A stretch of DNA of 64,000 nt, taken from assembly GCA_951406725.2 (NCBI GenBank), contig OX597814.1, forward strand, positions 67,394,001 through 67,458,000, read 5' to 3'. Of the stretch, positions 13,830 to 26,563 are shown in pieces. How positions within the stretch are numbered: the stretch's first letter is position 1; each line of letters begins with the position of its first letter. A model generated the notes under the pieces. That model did not search any database. It was not told where the DNA came from and saw nothing but the letters and a program-made list of their open reading frames with translations. Source of the stretch: Octopus vulgaris (lineage: Eukaryota). Made by a program: the position numbers and the translations under genes.

Positions 13830-14246
13830 GATCCCAATATGGCAGCCTCAACTTGACGGACAGACGTCTCATCAACGGCAGAAGGGGGCGACCAAATCTG
13901 GGAGCTGTTTCCACAGAGTTCCGACTATGTTTGAATTCACAATGCCAGCATTTTACAAGGTCATATGATGGGGCATCATCACCATAAGTTACTTTCATTT
14001 CATCAAAAGTCTCCCGTGGTGTGCGTCCTTTCAAATACAAAAACCGGATCACTGCTCGACACTCAACAGGCTCCATTTCACACTTGACTCAGTTCAAACA
14101 CCTGTAAATCAGAAACCACAATTAGTTCAGAGCTGTAATTCGCCACTTAATCTATAGAGGTATAAATAAGTGCACATGAAAAATTTCAACTAGATCAAAC
14201 AACTGCAAGTGGGTCAGGGGCATTACTTATTGAATGCCCCTCGTAT
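13830..14246 (-). mobile_element. Mariner element 5' part (TIR plus HTH region of transposase)
   Basis: TACGAGGGGCATTCAATAAGTAATG terminus; MEPVECRAVIRFLYLKG...APRFGRP. Confidence 0.85.
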
Positions 14247-14482
14247 ATATCTTACATATAATAAAATGCAATGTGTGTCCCATCGGTCATGCTGGAAAAA
14301 GAGGAGTAAATTAACAAATAGAGTGAGAGTGGGTGACAGCCAGAGACGCTAAAAGCGGGCCAATTGCATTCAAACGTTTAATTCTGAAGACGCTGATATC
14401 TTAATCAAAATATAGCTGCAAATTATTTATCGTAGATTGTATTTAGGTTTTAAGTTTCATCCCCACACACAAACAGAATATA

Positions 14483-14528
<46 letters not shown>

Positions 14529-15319
14529 CTTGACCGTTGTTTCACTGACGATTCACATTATAAAACATTGAAGTTGATTTCAATATTGCATTGAAATGAA
14601 AGTTGATTTTATGTTGATTCAGTTAAATATTTCAATTCGTTCGTCTCATCATAGGTCTGGTTTATAAGTTTATGTTTATGGGTTTATTGATTATTTACAG
14701 CATCTAATAGAAATACACCATCCGGGATAAACTTGAATTCCAGTAACAGCATTTATTTATGGTATATGTGCACACTTCTACTAAAATGCAAAAGAAGTCG
14801 TTATATAACGTAAATATAAAATTAATGGAAACAATTTTCATAGTTTTATACATTCACATTTCAGGGTTATATACTCATTATGCGCCGTTTTGACGGTGTC
14901 CCCCGTATTGATGAAGGTGCCCACCAAAAAATTGCGTATCACGGGAATCTGTGGTCCAATTTATGCAAAACTTGTTTTATTCCGTTTGTATTGATATTTC
15001 AGGGTTGCGTTACTTTCAGAGTATGTTCCCATTATGCACCGGTTTGGCTGTATTCAATGACAGACAAACACGCACACAAGCATGCAAACACACACGCAAG
15101 CACGCACGAAAGCAAGTAATCGCAGATATTTAGTAGTATATAGATAGGTATGTATATCAAATTAAATATTAAACACATTTGTTTTCAAAATATCATCGCT
15201 CACATAACATATATATAAAATGTTAAGTGAACGACAATATATGTATATATGAATTAAATATTGCAATACAAATGTGCGTTGTTGTATCATTATTCTATAT
15301 ATATATATATATATATATA

Positions 15320-15350
<31 letters not shown>

Positions 15351-15511
15351 CGATAATGGGACAAGAACGCAAAACATCCAGACAGTTAGGTATACAAAAA
15401 AGGGACAACAAAACATCCAGACAGCCGATACAAAGAAAACATGGACGGATCATTCGGAGTTTTCTATTCTCAGTCGAGTTCCAGATTATCTTTGCAATTT
15501 CGGCTGGTTAC

Positions 15512-15554
15512 CATACGTTGACAAGAGGCAATAACCTCGAAACCGGTCCGTATG
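15512..15554 (+). ncRNA. Minimal type I hammerhead ribozyme with U3-A8 core variant, copy 1
   Basis: CATACG-TTGACAA-GAGG(caataa)CCTC-GAAA-CCGG-TC-CGTATG; perfect stems I and II, palindromic stem III. Confidence 0.75.
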
Positions 15555-15869
15555 TAGTATCCGTATCTTCGGGGAGGCTGATCTCCCTTTGCAGGCTGGC
15601 AAGGACACCGAGATGGTGTCAGCTCTTCTGGTGACGTTGATGTTCGCCTGGGGCTAAATGCATCAGTAACACCCCCACCACCCCGCCCTGACCCTAGCCA
15701 CATTCAGATGGCTGATCCCCCTTATGTTATAGAGCAGTTACTGTTTATATCTCACTCAGAGATTTATTATTGTTTTCGAACGGATTTTCTACGCCAGTGA
15801 CTGTGGTTACTGTGAAAATCTATATATCCAGCCTGTAGAGGAAGTCCCTCAACGAAGAGCGGTGCTTAC

Positions 15870-15912
15870 CATACGTTGACAAGAGGCAATAACCTCGAAA
15901 CCGGTCCGTATG
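15870..15912 (+). ncRNA. Minimal type I hammerhead ribozyme with U3-A8 core variant, copy 2
   Basis: Identical to 15512-15554, 358 nt downstream, in a direct repeat (15508-15730 vs 15866-16090). Confidence 0.75.
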
Positions 15913-16084
15913 TAGTATCCGTATCTTTGGGGAAGCTGATCTCCCTTTGCAGGCTGGCAAGGACACCGAGATGGTGTCAGCTCTTCTGGTGACGTTGATG
16001 TTCGCCTGGGGCTAAATGCATCAGTAACACCCCCACCACCCCGCCCTGACCCTAGCCACATTCAGATGGCTGATCCCCCTTATG

Positions 16085-16118
<34 letters not shown>

Positions 16119-16189
16119 TTTATTTAAAGCAGCAGAAAATTCAACAAAATCTGTTACTCTGAGTTTCTCGTTGCCGTTCATCAGCAAAA

Positions 16190-16227
16190 CTGTCTGATGA
16201 ACGGCAACGAGAAACTCAGAGTAACAG
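16190..16227 (+). ncRNA. Minimal type I hammerhead motif within a 143-bp palindrome (16118-16260)
   Basis: CTGT-CTGATGA-ACGGCAACGA-GAAA-CTCAGAG-TA-ACAG; antisense copy at 16151-16184. Confidence 0.7.
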
Positions 16228-16329
16228 ATTTAGTTGAATTTTCTGCTGCTTTAAATAAAGCATATTACTCTACCACTGGTATTTGAGTACTCTTTTTTCC
16301 ACCTTGTTTCACATTTATGTGTTTACTCC

Positions 16330-16419
<90 letters not shown>

Positions 16420-17674
16420 CAAATTAGCCAGTTAGAACATCTCTATAAGAGACGAGAGCATTAACTATACTGAGAAGTATTGTCTATTGCCGATTAAACA
16501 TGGCTGTTTAGGCGTTACTGCTATTTTTCACCCCAAGGAGACGCCTCCTTGCAATCTGTACTCGATACATATTGCGAGCTGGAGTGAACTATAGCTATCT
16601 CCAGCGGGTGAGTATCCACCATCGAGAATAACCACAAAGAGGTCGAAACCATTCGGCCTGGTAGTCTCGTGACTGGAAGATGGTAGGGGATCACTAACCT
16701 GCTTGCAATATATATATATCGGGTGCAGATTGCATTGAATAACTATATGGAAGAATCAGGATACCAGTAAGAATCAGAATATTTATGAACTACAATGAGA
16801 CCTGCAGTTTCTTTATCCTAATTAAATATTCACATTTTTACAAACTTTTTGAGGAAATTTGTTATGTTGGTGAATGTTTAGTTAGGGTTTTGAAAAGCTA
16901 GGATCTTCCTGCATTGAAAACACACCAGCATCGGTGGTCAAGCGATGGTGGGGCGACAAACACAGACACACAAATACATATATATCATGTGTGTGTACAT
17001 ATATATACATATGCGACGGGCTTCTTTCAGTTTCTGTCTACCAAATCTTTTCACAAGACTTTGGTTGGCCCGAGGCTACAGTAGAAGATACATACCCAAG
17101 GTGCCATGCAGTGGGACTGAAGCCAGAACCATGTGATTACCACTCAGCCACTCCTGCACCTAATATATATGCTGACAATCGGGATTTGACCAAACCATTC
17201 AGCAATGAAGTAGTCATTACTGAAGAGATTTATCTCTTATTTCTAGCAATGTAGATGCCACCCTGCACCACCAGTTACAATTAGTGACAATCAGTTATTT
17301 TGGGGTTTTATATTGCTTATTGCTGCCTTCGTTATTTTATAATTTTTACATAACCATTTTGCGGAATCATCCATTGATTCATATGATAAATACAAAATAC
17401 TGACTGTTGGGATTTGCCCTTACCATTAAGCGACGCAGTAGTCATCACTGAAGAGCTTTAATTTCAAGCGAAACTAGAATTCTAGTTTGATGATCTCGCC
17501 CGCTGTGGGGTGGTTAGCTCCCCTGTTAGTACATAGACGTGTTTCTTTACGGTTTTTACCTCTTATTTCTAGTAATGTAGATGCTACCCTGCACCGTCAG
17601 TCACACATAGTGACGACTGGATTCTATCTTTTTGGTTTTATATTGCTTATAGCCGTCTAAGTTATTTTTAAAGT

Positions 17675-17727
<53 letters not shown>

Positions 17728-17744
17728 ACACACACACACACACA

Positions 17745-17776
<32 letters not shown>

Positions 17777-17784
17777 GTATATAT

Positions 17785-18560
17785 ATACTTTAAAGGAATG
17801 AGAGCCGTATTAATTTTAAAGAAGTACAAAACTCTAATCTCATTCACAGCAGGACCTTCTGTCTTCAATGCACTTGTAGCACTGCAGCCACTTCGCGAAG
17901 GCCCCATGGAAGTCCTCCAAAGTGGAAGTGTCCAGGACCCTTGTCCCAGCTCTCTTCACCTTTATGTCTTCAAAACAACTTTCCTTGATATTCTCCTTCA
18001 GCTTTGGCAGCAACCAAATATCTTAGGGAGCAATGTCTGGACCATAGGGAGGATGATGGACAGTTTTGATACCAATCTCTGTCAAGTAGTTGGTTACCAG
18101 TTGAGAACTGTGAACTGGTGCGTTGTCCTGGTGAGGTGCTCTGGCTTATCGCTATGAAATCTCTTCCTGAACTCCCTCAAAACCCCCACAAAGTATTCTC
18201 TGATGACCATCTGGAAAGAAGGAAACCACTGGTTTTAGATGACACCATTAATATCGAAAAAGGGGATCATCATAAGATCATGAGCTTCCCAGTGGACTTG
18301 TTTCGCCTCCTGGCCTCTGTGCCAGTGTAAAAGAGGAGCTCGGCTCGTACAAGTTGATCCATAAGCAGTCTTTTTGCTGAGCTTTATACAAACTTTATTG
18401 CATGGCGACCTTCCAAATTCTGTAAACGTCCCGACTGCATTCTACAAGATAGTCAACAGTGACAAGCAGTGTTCAGTAGAGTGTGTTCAAAGTGCTGCTA
18501 CAACCATCTTATTCAATCTGGAATAGCAAAAGTTGGCAGGTCAGCTTATTAGATATATAG
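17785..18560 (-). mobile_element. Degenerate mariner-like element
   Basis: Broken transposase-like frames on the minus strand, TA-rich flanks; boundaries approximate. Confidence 0.5.
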
Positions 18561-18646
18561 TAATGATGCACTAAAATTTAAATAATCTAGGTCCGTTTTA
18601 ACTGCTTCTAAAAAGTTTCGAAAATTCTGGAATGTGCCTCATGTGC

Positions 18647-18704
<58 letters not shown>

Positions 18705-18782
18705 CTGGACTTTCTATTCCTAAATTTTGTGCCTGTTCGAACTCAAGAATATATCCATCTCGTATCATATACTCTTCAGATT
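18705..18782 (-). pseudogene. Inverted array micro-exon (78 nt): ESEEYMIRDGYILEFEQAQNLGIESP, donor apparently lost
   Basis: Minus-strand acceptor ttttcttgcactccgattttgtag; ends CCAG|ttac instead of CCAG|gt. Confidence 0.6.
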
Positions 18783-19270
18783 CTACAAAATCGGAGTGCA
18801 AGAAAAATTGTAATCTCTCCCTGTATATAAAATTCTTTGTCTTTCTATGTGTCTCTCTGTTCCCTATGCTTTCTCAAACGGCTCCACAAAATCAAATCAA
18901 TTTTTACTAGGTAATAGTATTAAACCCCGTGAGTGTCAAATTGTAATTTTCATTTCGCAATATAACACTTTATGTCAAATAATCTTTCTCTAGTCAACTA
19001 TAGTAAAGGACATTTTATACCACCACTACTACCACCACGACACATTTTGTATATGAGTGTGTATGTGTCTGTGAGTGTGTGTACGTGTTCGTTACGTAAA
19101 CGTATGTTTGTGTGTGTCTGTCTTAATTATATGTGTGTGAGAGTGTATGTTTGTGTCAGTGTATGTGAGAGTGTATGTGTCTGTGAGTGTATGTATGCAA
19201 TTACACTGATGTAAACTGGATATGTGAAAGTGCTATACTGGCGCCAAATAATGAAATGGTTGATAAACTC

Positions 19271-19334
<64 letters not shown>

Positions 19335-19398
19335 AGCATGACCGCAGCTGCATGGCTGAAACGTATAAAGGAATAAAAAATACATATATATTCCCTAC

Positions 19399-19476
19399 CT
19401 AGTGTCTCTGTTTCTAAATTTTGCATGACAGCCTCAAGCTCCTCTCCATGTGGCATTGGTATCATAAATTTATATT
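19399..19476 (-). CDS. Inverted array micro-exon (78 nt, phase 1-1): EYKFMIPMPHGEELEAVMQNLETETL
   Basis: Minus-strand acceptor ttctccatttcaattctgtag, donor G|gtaggg; shared upstream intron block at ~19630-19770 also inverted. Confidence 0.65.
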
Positions 19477-20188
19477 CTACAGAATTGAAATGGAGAAAAA
19501 TTATCATTTTAAAACTTCAATATTAAATATTTACAAACTTTTTTATGATATAGAAAGTTAAATTCCTGGGGCACAAGTGAAAAAGGACACGCACACTCCT
19601 ACAGTGCAACTTACCCGTGTAAATGTAATTCGTAAACCAGAAAAACTCGGAATATTTCTGAACAACTACTTTGATATCTGATGCCTCTCTATCCTGATTG
19701 AATATTCCAATTTTTACAAATAAATATCGGAGCATTCGTCTTCGTTAGCAAATACTTCAGTGAAATGCGATGAAAATGAGAAAGTAACTTGTAACTTATT
19801 AGTATGTTTTACAAGTTGATAAATAACCAAAGTATAAACCTCCGTACATTCATACTCTTCATGTTGATATCATACAAATTCTAGAATTTACATGTATGAC
19901 ACGTATATTTGTAAGAACCAGCTCTTTCTCAGTTGGAAGAACACGGATATTTAAAGACAGTAAAACAATGTAAATGCATGTGTTCAATCGTTTATTGCGT
20001 GTATTTTTTTTACATATATTTACACCTGCTTTCCTACTAGCAGACATATAACACACAAACACACTCAAACACACACACTCACACACACACACACATACAC
20101 ACACACACGCACGCTCGCACACACATACACGCACACACTCACACATATGTGTGTATATATATGTGTGTGTGTGTGTATGTATATATAA

Positions 20189-20259
<71 letters not shown>

Positions 20260-20333
20260 CATAAAAGAGATACCCGAAGAATAGGATATCTGACTCGCTA
20301 GAAAGAGCAGTTAAAAACTCCAAGCCACCAATT

Positions 20334-20650
20334 GTTGTAATTCCGAAAGTGATTGAAAAATAAAAACGTTTACCTTAATTCTAGACCCTGCAAGATTTCT
20401 GCAGACTTAAATACAGATTGAAATAAAATAATCTCAGTCTATTTGTGGCGCTGCGTCCTCAGTAGGTTGCCAAGACTGAACACATAGACATGGAGCTATA
20501 AGAAATCAGCCACGTGTCTATAGGTTCTAATTTTTCGAATTTACCGCGCACAAGTGGAACTCATCCAGCACTAAATAAATAAATTGCCTCTTACAGGGTC
20601 TAGGATTAAGGTAAACGTTATTATTTTTCAATCACTTTTGGAATTACAAC
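20334..20650. repeat. Inverted repeat, ~60-bp arms
   Basis: gttgtaattccgaaagtgattgaaaaata...ctagaccctg (20334-20395) vs its reverse complement at 20589-20650. Confidence 0.8.
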
Positions 20651-20659
20651 TCCTCGTGG

Positions 20660-20770
20660 AGTTTTAGGTGTTTTCGCTCAATAAACACTCACAACGCCCG
20701 GTCTGGGAATCGAAACCGCGATCCTATAACCGCGAGTCCGCTGCCCTAACCACTGGGCCATTGCGCCCTC
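20660..20770 (-). mobile_element. tRNA-derived SINE head
   Basis: Minus strand ggcgcaatggcccagtggttagggcagcggactcg...ggtttcgattccc with A/B-box-like motifs; not a complete tRNA. Confidence 0.65.
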
Positions 20771-20835
20771 TTGAGCACCACCAGCTCAAATATTTTCTCC
20801 TCTGTCTTCCTTCCTTGGGATCTTTCCTTCTCCTT

Positions 20836-20870
20836 GTTTCCGACGAAGAGCTCCGCTCGAAACGTTAAAC
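20836..20870 (+). ncRNA. Ultra-minimal hammerhead-like motif (CCGACGA core)
   Basis: GTTT-CCGACGA-A-GAGC(tcc)GCTC-GAAA-CG-TT-AAAC; palindromic AACGTT stem III. Confidence 0.55.
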
Positions 20871-20971
20871 CCTCCTTCCCTTCTTTCCTGAGCGTCAATA
20901 ATACTTTAATTGTTCCACGTCCTGCGTTGCTGTGTTTTTTCTCTTTTTTTTCTGTTTTCTTGTTTGGATTA

Positions 20972-21020
<49 letters not shown>

Positions 21021-21142
21021 ATATTTCGGAATGGTCATATTGCCAGTTTAGCCAATAAAAACACACGCACTATATATTTGGTGTTATTTTGCTTCAGTGA
21101 TATTTATTTTTTACATTAATCTTAATCTTATTTCGGCCAGAG

Positions 21143-22249
21143 TTGATTACACAAGAGAGTAATGTTGATATAGTAATAGAAACTAATACTATGGAGAGCA
21201 TCCAGCAAATAGCTAACTCCATCCACCAGAGTATTAAGGTCACAATAGACTACCCCACTAAACACCCCAACCATAGACTACCAGTACTAGACACTGAACT
21301 CTGGCTAGAAATTGTGAAAAATAAAACTCAAATCCTTCATTCATACTATGCAAAACCTATGGCCTCAAAATACCTGATCCACCGGAACTCAGCCATTGCG
21401 GGCAACGCCAAATTCAATATTTTGATGGCAGACCTCGTCAGAATAATGAGAAATGTGTCACGCATGTGCGAGCCTACAGAATTAAAGAGACACATACAGT
21501 ATTTCATTCACCGCATGCAGTTCTCAGGTTACAGCCATAAAGAAAGGATCAGAGTATACAAAGGAGCCATGAAGAAATTTGATAATATATTATGTAATGA
21601 TAGGAATGGGATTTGCCCACTCTATAGGAACAAGTCATGGAATACTATAGAAAGGACAAAAAAGAAAATAGGGAAGGCCAACTCTTGGTATGATAGCCAT
21701 AAATACCAGAGTGTCATGTTCGTTGACACCACCCCTGGAGGTGAACTGGCGTACCGCTTTAGAAGGACCCTAGATAAACTTAAACTAAGAATTAAGGTTG
21801 TTGAAAAGCCATGCAACCCTATCAAATCTATAATTGGTAGAACCTATCCTTTTTGTAGAACCCTCTGTACGGATAACTATTGCACTGTATGTAGATTTAG
21901 CCCACAAACAAACTGTAAAGCCAGAAATGTAGTCTATAGTATAAGATGTATAGAGGGACGATGCAGTAACAAGACAATAACATACGTAGGGGAAACGGCA
22001 AGAAGCATAGGAGAGCGGGTGAATGGACATTGGAGACAACTCAAGGAAGGTAAAAGCTCATCGATTCTGTACCAACACGCCGAACAGGAACACGGGGGAT
22101 CAATCAATAACATAGAGATTAAGATATTGTCCACACATAGAACAGATGCAACAATTAGACAAATTACAGAAGCTACACATATAATAGAAAATAAACCTAG
22201 CCTGAATAGAAAACTAGAATGGAGCAATAGCACACACCACAACATATGA
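21143..22249 (+). mobile_element. Penelope-like element ORF, 5'-truncated (RT thumb plus GIY-YIG endonuclease)
   Basis: LPVLDTELW RT C-terminal motif, Cys-rich linker, NVVYSIRC...YVGETARSIGERVNGH GIY-YIG motif; 368 aa open. Confidence 0.9.
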
Positions 22250-22335
22250 CGATAGAGGATCCCGAAAACATAATAAATACACAGAAAAATAAACAAATAG
22301 AAATGAATAAATATATATATTTATGTATGTATATG

Positions 22336-22394
<59 letters not shown>

Positions 22395-22954
22395 GAGTAT
22401 ATATATGTGTATATGTAGGAAAAAACAACAAGAATGGATTAAAATCTCGGTACGATCGTTTCGTACGAGGATCGTACCGAGATTTTAATCCATTCTTGTT
22501 GCTTTTTTCCTATTTGTAATCACCCCACTTGTCGTATGGTTAACACCATATAGATTTCCGGTGCATCCTAGTTAAGGACCATATTCATGTGAATTCTTTA
22601 GAATTCACTAGAATCTCAATTACTTAACCGAGTATATGTGTATATGTATATATATATTTTTTTTTTATTAGATTTATTATTATTATTACTAATATTGTTG
22701 TTATACATACATACAAGCATATGTAATGATAATAATGGGTGGATGTAAACACATGAACAGATTGCGTGGCACCTTGGTCAAGTATCTCTTAGTATAGTCT
22801 CGGGCCGACCAAAGCCTTGCGAGTGGATTTGGTAGACAGAAACTGTATGTATGTATATATGTATGCGTGTATATATATATCTGCGTGTGTGACTGCCAAT
22901 AGGCATTATCTATGCTAATGAAAAAAATCAAGCTAGAAAGTATCCAAAACATTA

Positions 22955-22995
<41 letters not shown>

Positions 22996-23084
22996 TACGT
23001 GCCCTCGCGCGTGTGTAATGTTTTGGATAATTCTAACTTGAGTTTTTCCTTAGCATAGGTAATGCCCATTGACAGTCATGTTAG

Positions 23085-24255
23085 TAACTTTCCTTGTATT
23101 ACGCTGAAAGGAGGCCTTGGCATGCCGTGGTTACTGATGCGCAGACATGCGCTCAGGCTACGGCATCTCAAGCGTTTCCTAGACGGTGAACAGGTGTGGT
23201 CGTCTTTTGTCAGACGCGACTTTCCGCAGCTCGTCTCTTTGACAGAGCTGCAGACCTGGATCAAACGCAGACCGAGAAAGGGCGCTTGGCACCTCGAATG
23301 CCGTCAAGCTCTCTCCGCCCTCCGCCAAGCGGGCAATGCGATCGGTAGTAGTTTCACTCTAGCGTTCTATAGAGGGTTAGTGGAAGAAAAGTGCGACGAC
23401 GTTCTCGGGGAAACTCTAGGCGTTGACGATAACGAGCTGAGCAGTGTGTTCGGAAGGACTTTCGGGCCGGGGCCAATGGATAATTTCCAGAGGTCCCTCG
23501 CCTGGCAGTGTTACCGAGGGGATCTGCCTGTTCGAGATAAACTCTACCGGCACGGAAGTGCCGTCAGCCGGACCTGCCCGAGGTACTGCCAGGACGACGA
23601 AACCGTTGTGCACGCATTCGTCCAGTGTCCGAGTATTGCTGAACTATGGGTTTATGTCGAACAGCTACTGTCGCGTATAGGACGGATCCAGCTATCAGCT
23701 GAATCCATAGTGAAGATTGCCCCGCCGACCTCCTTTAACCGGGAGGGCAAGGCAGTTTTCCTTTGCCTAGTGGCTGTAGCGAAAGAGGTGGTATGGTGGA
23801 CCCGTTTGGAAGGGCTAAGGTCAGACACTTTCCTCTTTGGCCCAGGCCTCATCAACTTTTTTCAAGTTTCACTTGAAAAGGAAGATGAGGTTAGAGAGGG
23901 AAGTGCTGTCCGATAGCAAGTTTACTTAAAGGTGGATAAATGTCGCAAAACTGGCCAGTGTGAAAGGAGCCATTCTGAGAATACACCTGTAATTTAAAAA
24001 GGTATTACAAAAAGAGAAAGGGGTTCTCTACCCCCTTTTGACCAGGCTCCCGTTGGCTTTTATGGGTTTTTTCTACCAGGAACCTTTCATAACACCTCCC
24101 CCTATTGGGAGTTTTTCGTTGTTATAATTTTTCGTTGTTACAGTTTTTACACGTTTTTTTTTCAAACGGACAAAAAACCCTTTTTAACCTTTCGTCCTGT
24201 TTTGTCCCTTTATGTTTTAATTAATTTTTGTCAGCCCTTGTGGCCAATAAAATAA
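23085..24255 (+). mobile_element. Tx1/L1-like LINE 3' part (ORF2 C-terminus with zf-RVT)
   Basis: KGGLGMP motif, CPRYCQDDETVVHAFVQC zinc knuckle, 3' UTR ending AATAAAA then (TTA)n. Confidence 0.85.
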
Positions 24256-24258
24256 TTA

Positions 24259-24315
<57 letters not shown>

Positions 24316-24554
24316 TTGATGATTTCATAACTTTTAAAACATCTTGGTTCCCTTATATTGGAACTACCCCCGCCCACCAAAAAACAAATTTACTCCCTAG
24401 ACCAGTACTGCTTCACTCCCTTACGCACGGACTTCGTAGCCCTAAGATGGTAGATTATACGCTTTTAATAATTTGGACTTCCGGACATATTTTCTAGGTC
24501 ATGTTTGCTTTCCTATTCCTTCTTTCTTTTGTTTATTTTGGATGCTTTTGTTTT

Positions 24555-24666
24555 ACTCTGATGAAGCACCGTGTCCTGATTCAAATGTCCTATGAAGATG
24601 AAGAATTTTATTTTCGCAATTGATTCTAAACATTGATCGGCACCGGATGCGAAAACGGTCGTAAGA
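24555..24666 (+). ncRNA. Hammerhead-like motif with long stem II
   Basis: CTGATGA-AGCACCGTGTCC...GGCACCGGATGC-GAAAAC-GGTC-GTA-AG. Confidence 0.5.
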
Positions 24667-24775
24667 TTTGCTATGTCACATAAATGTTATGCCATGTTTT
24701 GTATTAAATGATAATGTGGTCCAATTGATGCGCTTTTTGATCTGTGGTTTTCTTAATTTTCTGATGATATATATA

Positions 24776-26563
24776 CTAGCAGAGATACCCGGCTTTTCCC
24801 GTGTCACATGGAATTGAAGAATTAGACTTTTATTTTATATTTTCTCTAAGGAAATGGAATAGCTGTGATTCAAATTTCATCAAAATTGCAGATTAAGAAT
24901 TTCAATGAGGGTTCTTTCCTTCTTTACACATCCTAACAAAAATTCTAACCATGACATATTTACCCCAGATTTATGTCCAGATTCCAAAATCGAAATCTTA
25001 TGAAACCTATTAAAAGGTTTTTACTCCTGAAAAATGTGGCACATGGGGCTTTAAAATGTGGAAGTTAAGGTCTCTATTGTGTGTGTGTGTGTGTGGGGGG
25101 GACAGAGGCGTCTTAAAGTCAACCAGAGAAGTTGAATTGTTGGGAATCTTTTTTAACTTGTGTCTTATATCAATTGTTCAACTTTCTTTAAAATCGAAAA
25201 TATATGAATGTTCACTGGGTTTGTAAAAGAGAGCAAAGCTACAGTAAACCAAGAGACGAATGATCACAATAAACAGTCAGCTACCCTACACTAGTCGTTA
25301 CCACTCCCAATGTAGGATTCCTCACCATACATGTGATGGGCAAAGCTGTAAGATGCGTTATGGATCTATAGCAATTGGAAGGGCGTAAACCAACTGAAAT
25401 AAACATTAACAACTGTGTGACGTGAGGGCTAATGGGAAAGGAAAGTGTCACCTCTGGAATTTGTCAATGATCACTATGCCGATAAGTAACTGGACAGCAT
25501 AAATTTGCAATCTATAAATCTCTTTGAATGACCAGTCACTTATCTGGGAAAGCCTTGAAATCAATGTTACCACCTGGGAACTATCTCTTACCCATTGATA
25601 ATAAAAAGATTAAAAGGAGGTCAGCAACCAAATAACTTTACTCAAAATAATACTTGGAACTGAATCAATGGAGGCAAAGATGTCTCTCCTTTACTTTACA
25701 ATTCATGCACCACATTGCAGAAATCACAATCTAAGTATTGAATTATAAATAACGCTCATCTTGTATGCTCGGGTGACTCTACAGCTTCTAAGACTACAAT
25801 TGTATTCGTATTGACTTAGGAAAAATGACTAAATTGTAGGAGTTAAGCCCTGATTAGGGGGTCTTACTAACTCCTAAGAAGTTGAAATTTTAGGAATATT
25901 ACATCATTTAAATGGCGGTGCCCCAGCATGGCCACAGCTCGTGAGCTGAAACTAGAATCAATCAATCATTTGTGTCTAATATCTATGGTTAAAATTTCAT
26001 CAAAAGCAAAAATAGATGAATTTTCATTGGGGTTATGGCCTCATTTATGCCCCCCCCACTTTCAAACATATACTGCATTACATCTGTCCTTATGCATAGA
26101 ATATAATTTCCAAATTTCATCAAGATCCGTTCAATAATTTTGAACTAGTTTTGGATCATAAAAAATTACTAAAATTTGGGAGTTAAGGCCCACATTAGGG
26201 GGTCTTCGAATCCTCATGACAAGCGGAAACTTTGGGAATACTTCTTGGTGTGTGTCAATTACCTATGGTTGAAATTTCATCAACATCGGAAATTTATGAA
26301 TTTTCTTGGGGTGTTCTTCCCCCTTTAAGCCCCCTCAAATTTAAACGAAACATACTGCATTATACTCGCCCTTATGCATTGAATCTAAGTTCCAAATATC
26401 ATAAGAATCCATCCAGTAATTTTGGTCCATGAAATTGTATGAAATACACAGCATTACTCTACTCCCTAGGCTTCGATTTTGTGTCCTAAATTTCGTTAGG
26501 ATCGGTGCAGTAGTTTTCGAATCTATAAGTAACACAGGAACACACATAAAGACATAATAGATA
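24776..26563 (-). mobile_element. Helitron-like non-autonomous element
   Basis: Minus-strand 3' end cacgggaaaagccggg...CTAG at 24776; TC-start at ~26562; internal diverged repeats. Confidence 0.55.

Noticed and set aside
14704-14780. Minus-strand candidate terminal exon VEVCTYTINKCCYWNSSLSRMVYFY* with nearby AATAAA; a similar-looking Cys stretch at ~47219-47325 (+)
   Set aside because: No paralogy to the array or clear homology between the two; the surrounding DNA is in the plus orientation of the array; such signals arise by chance in AT-rich DNA
20690-20770. tRNA gene
   Set aside because: A/B-box-like motifs but no complete cloverleaf; SINE head
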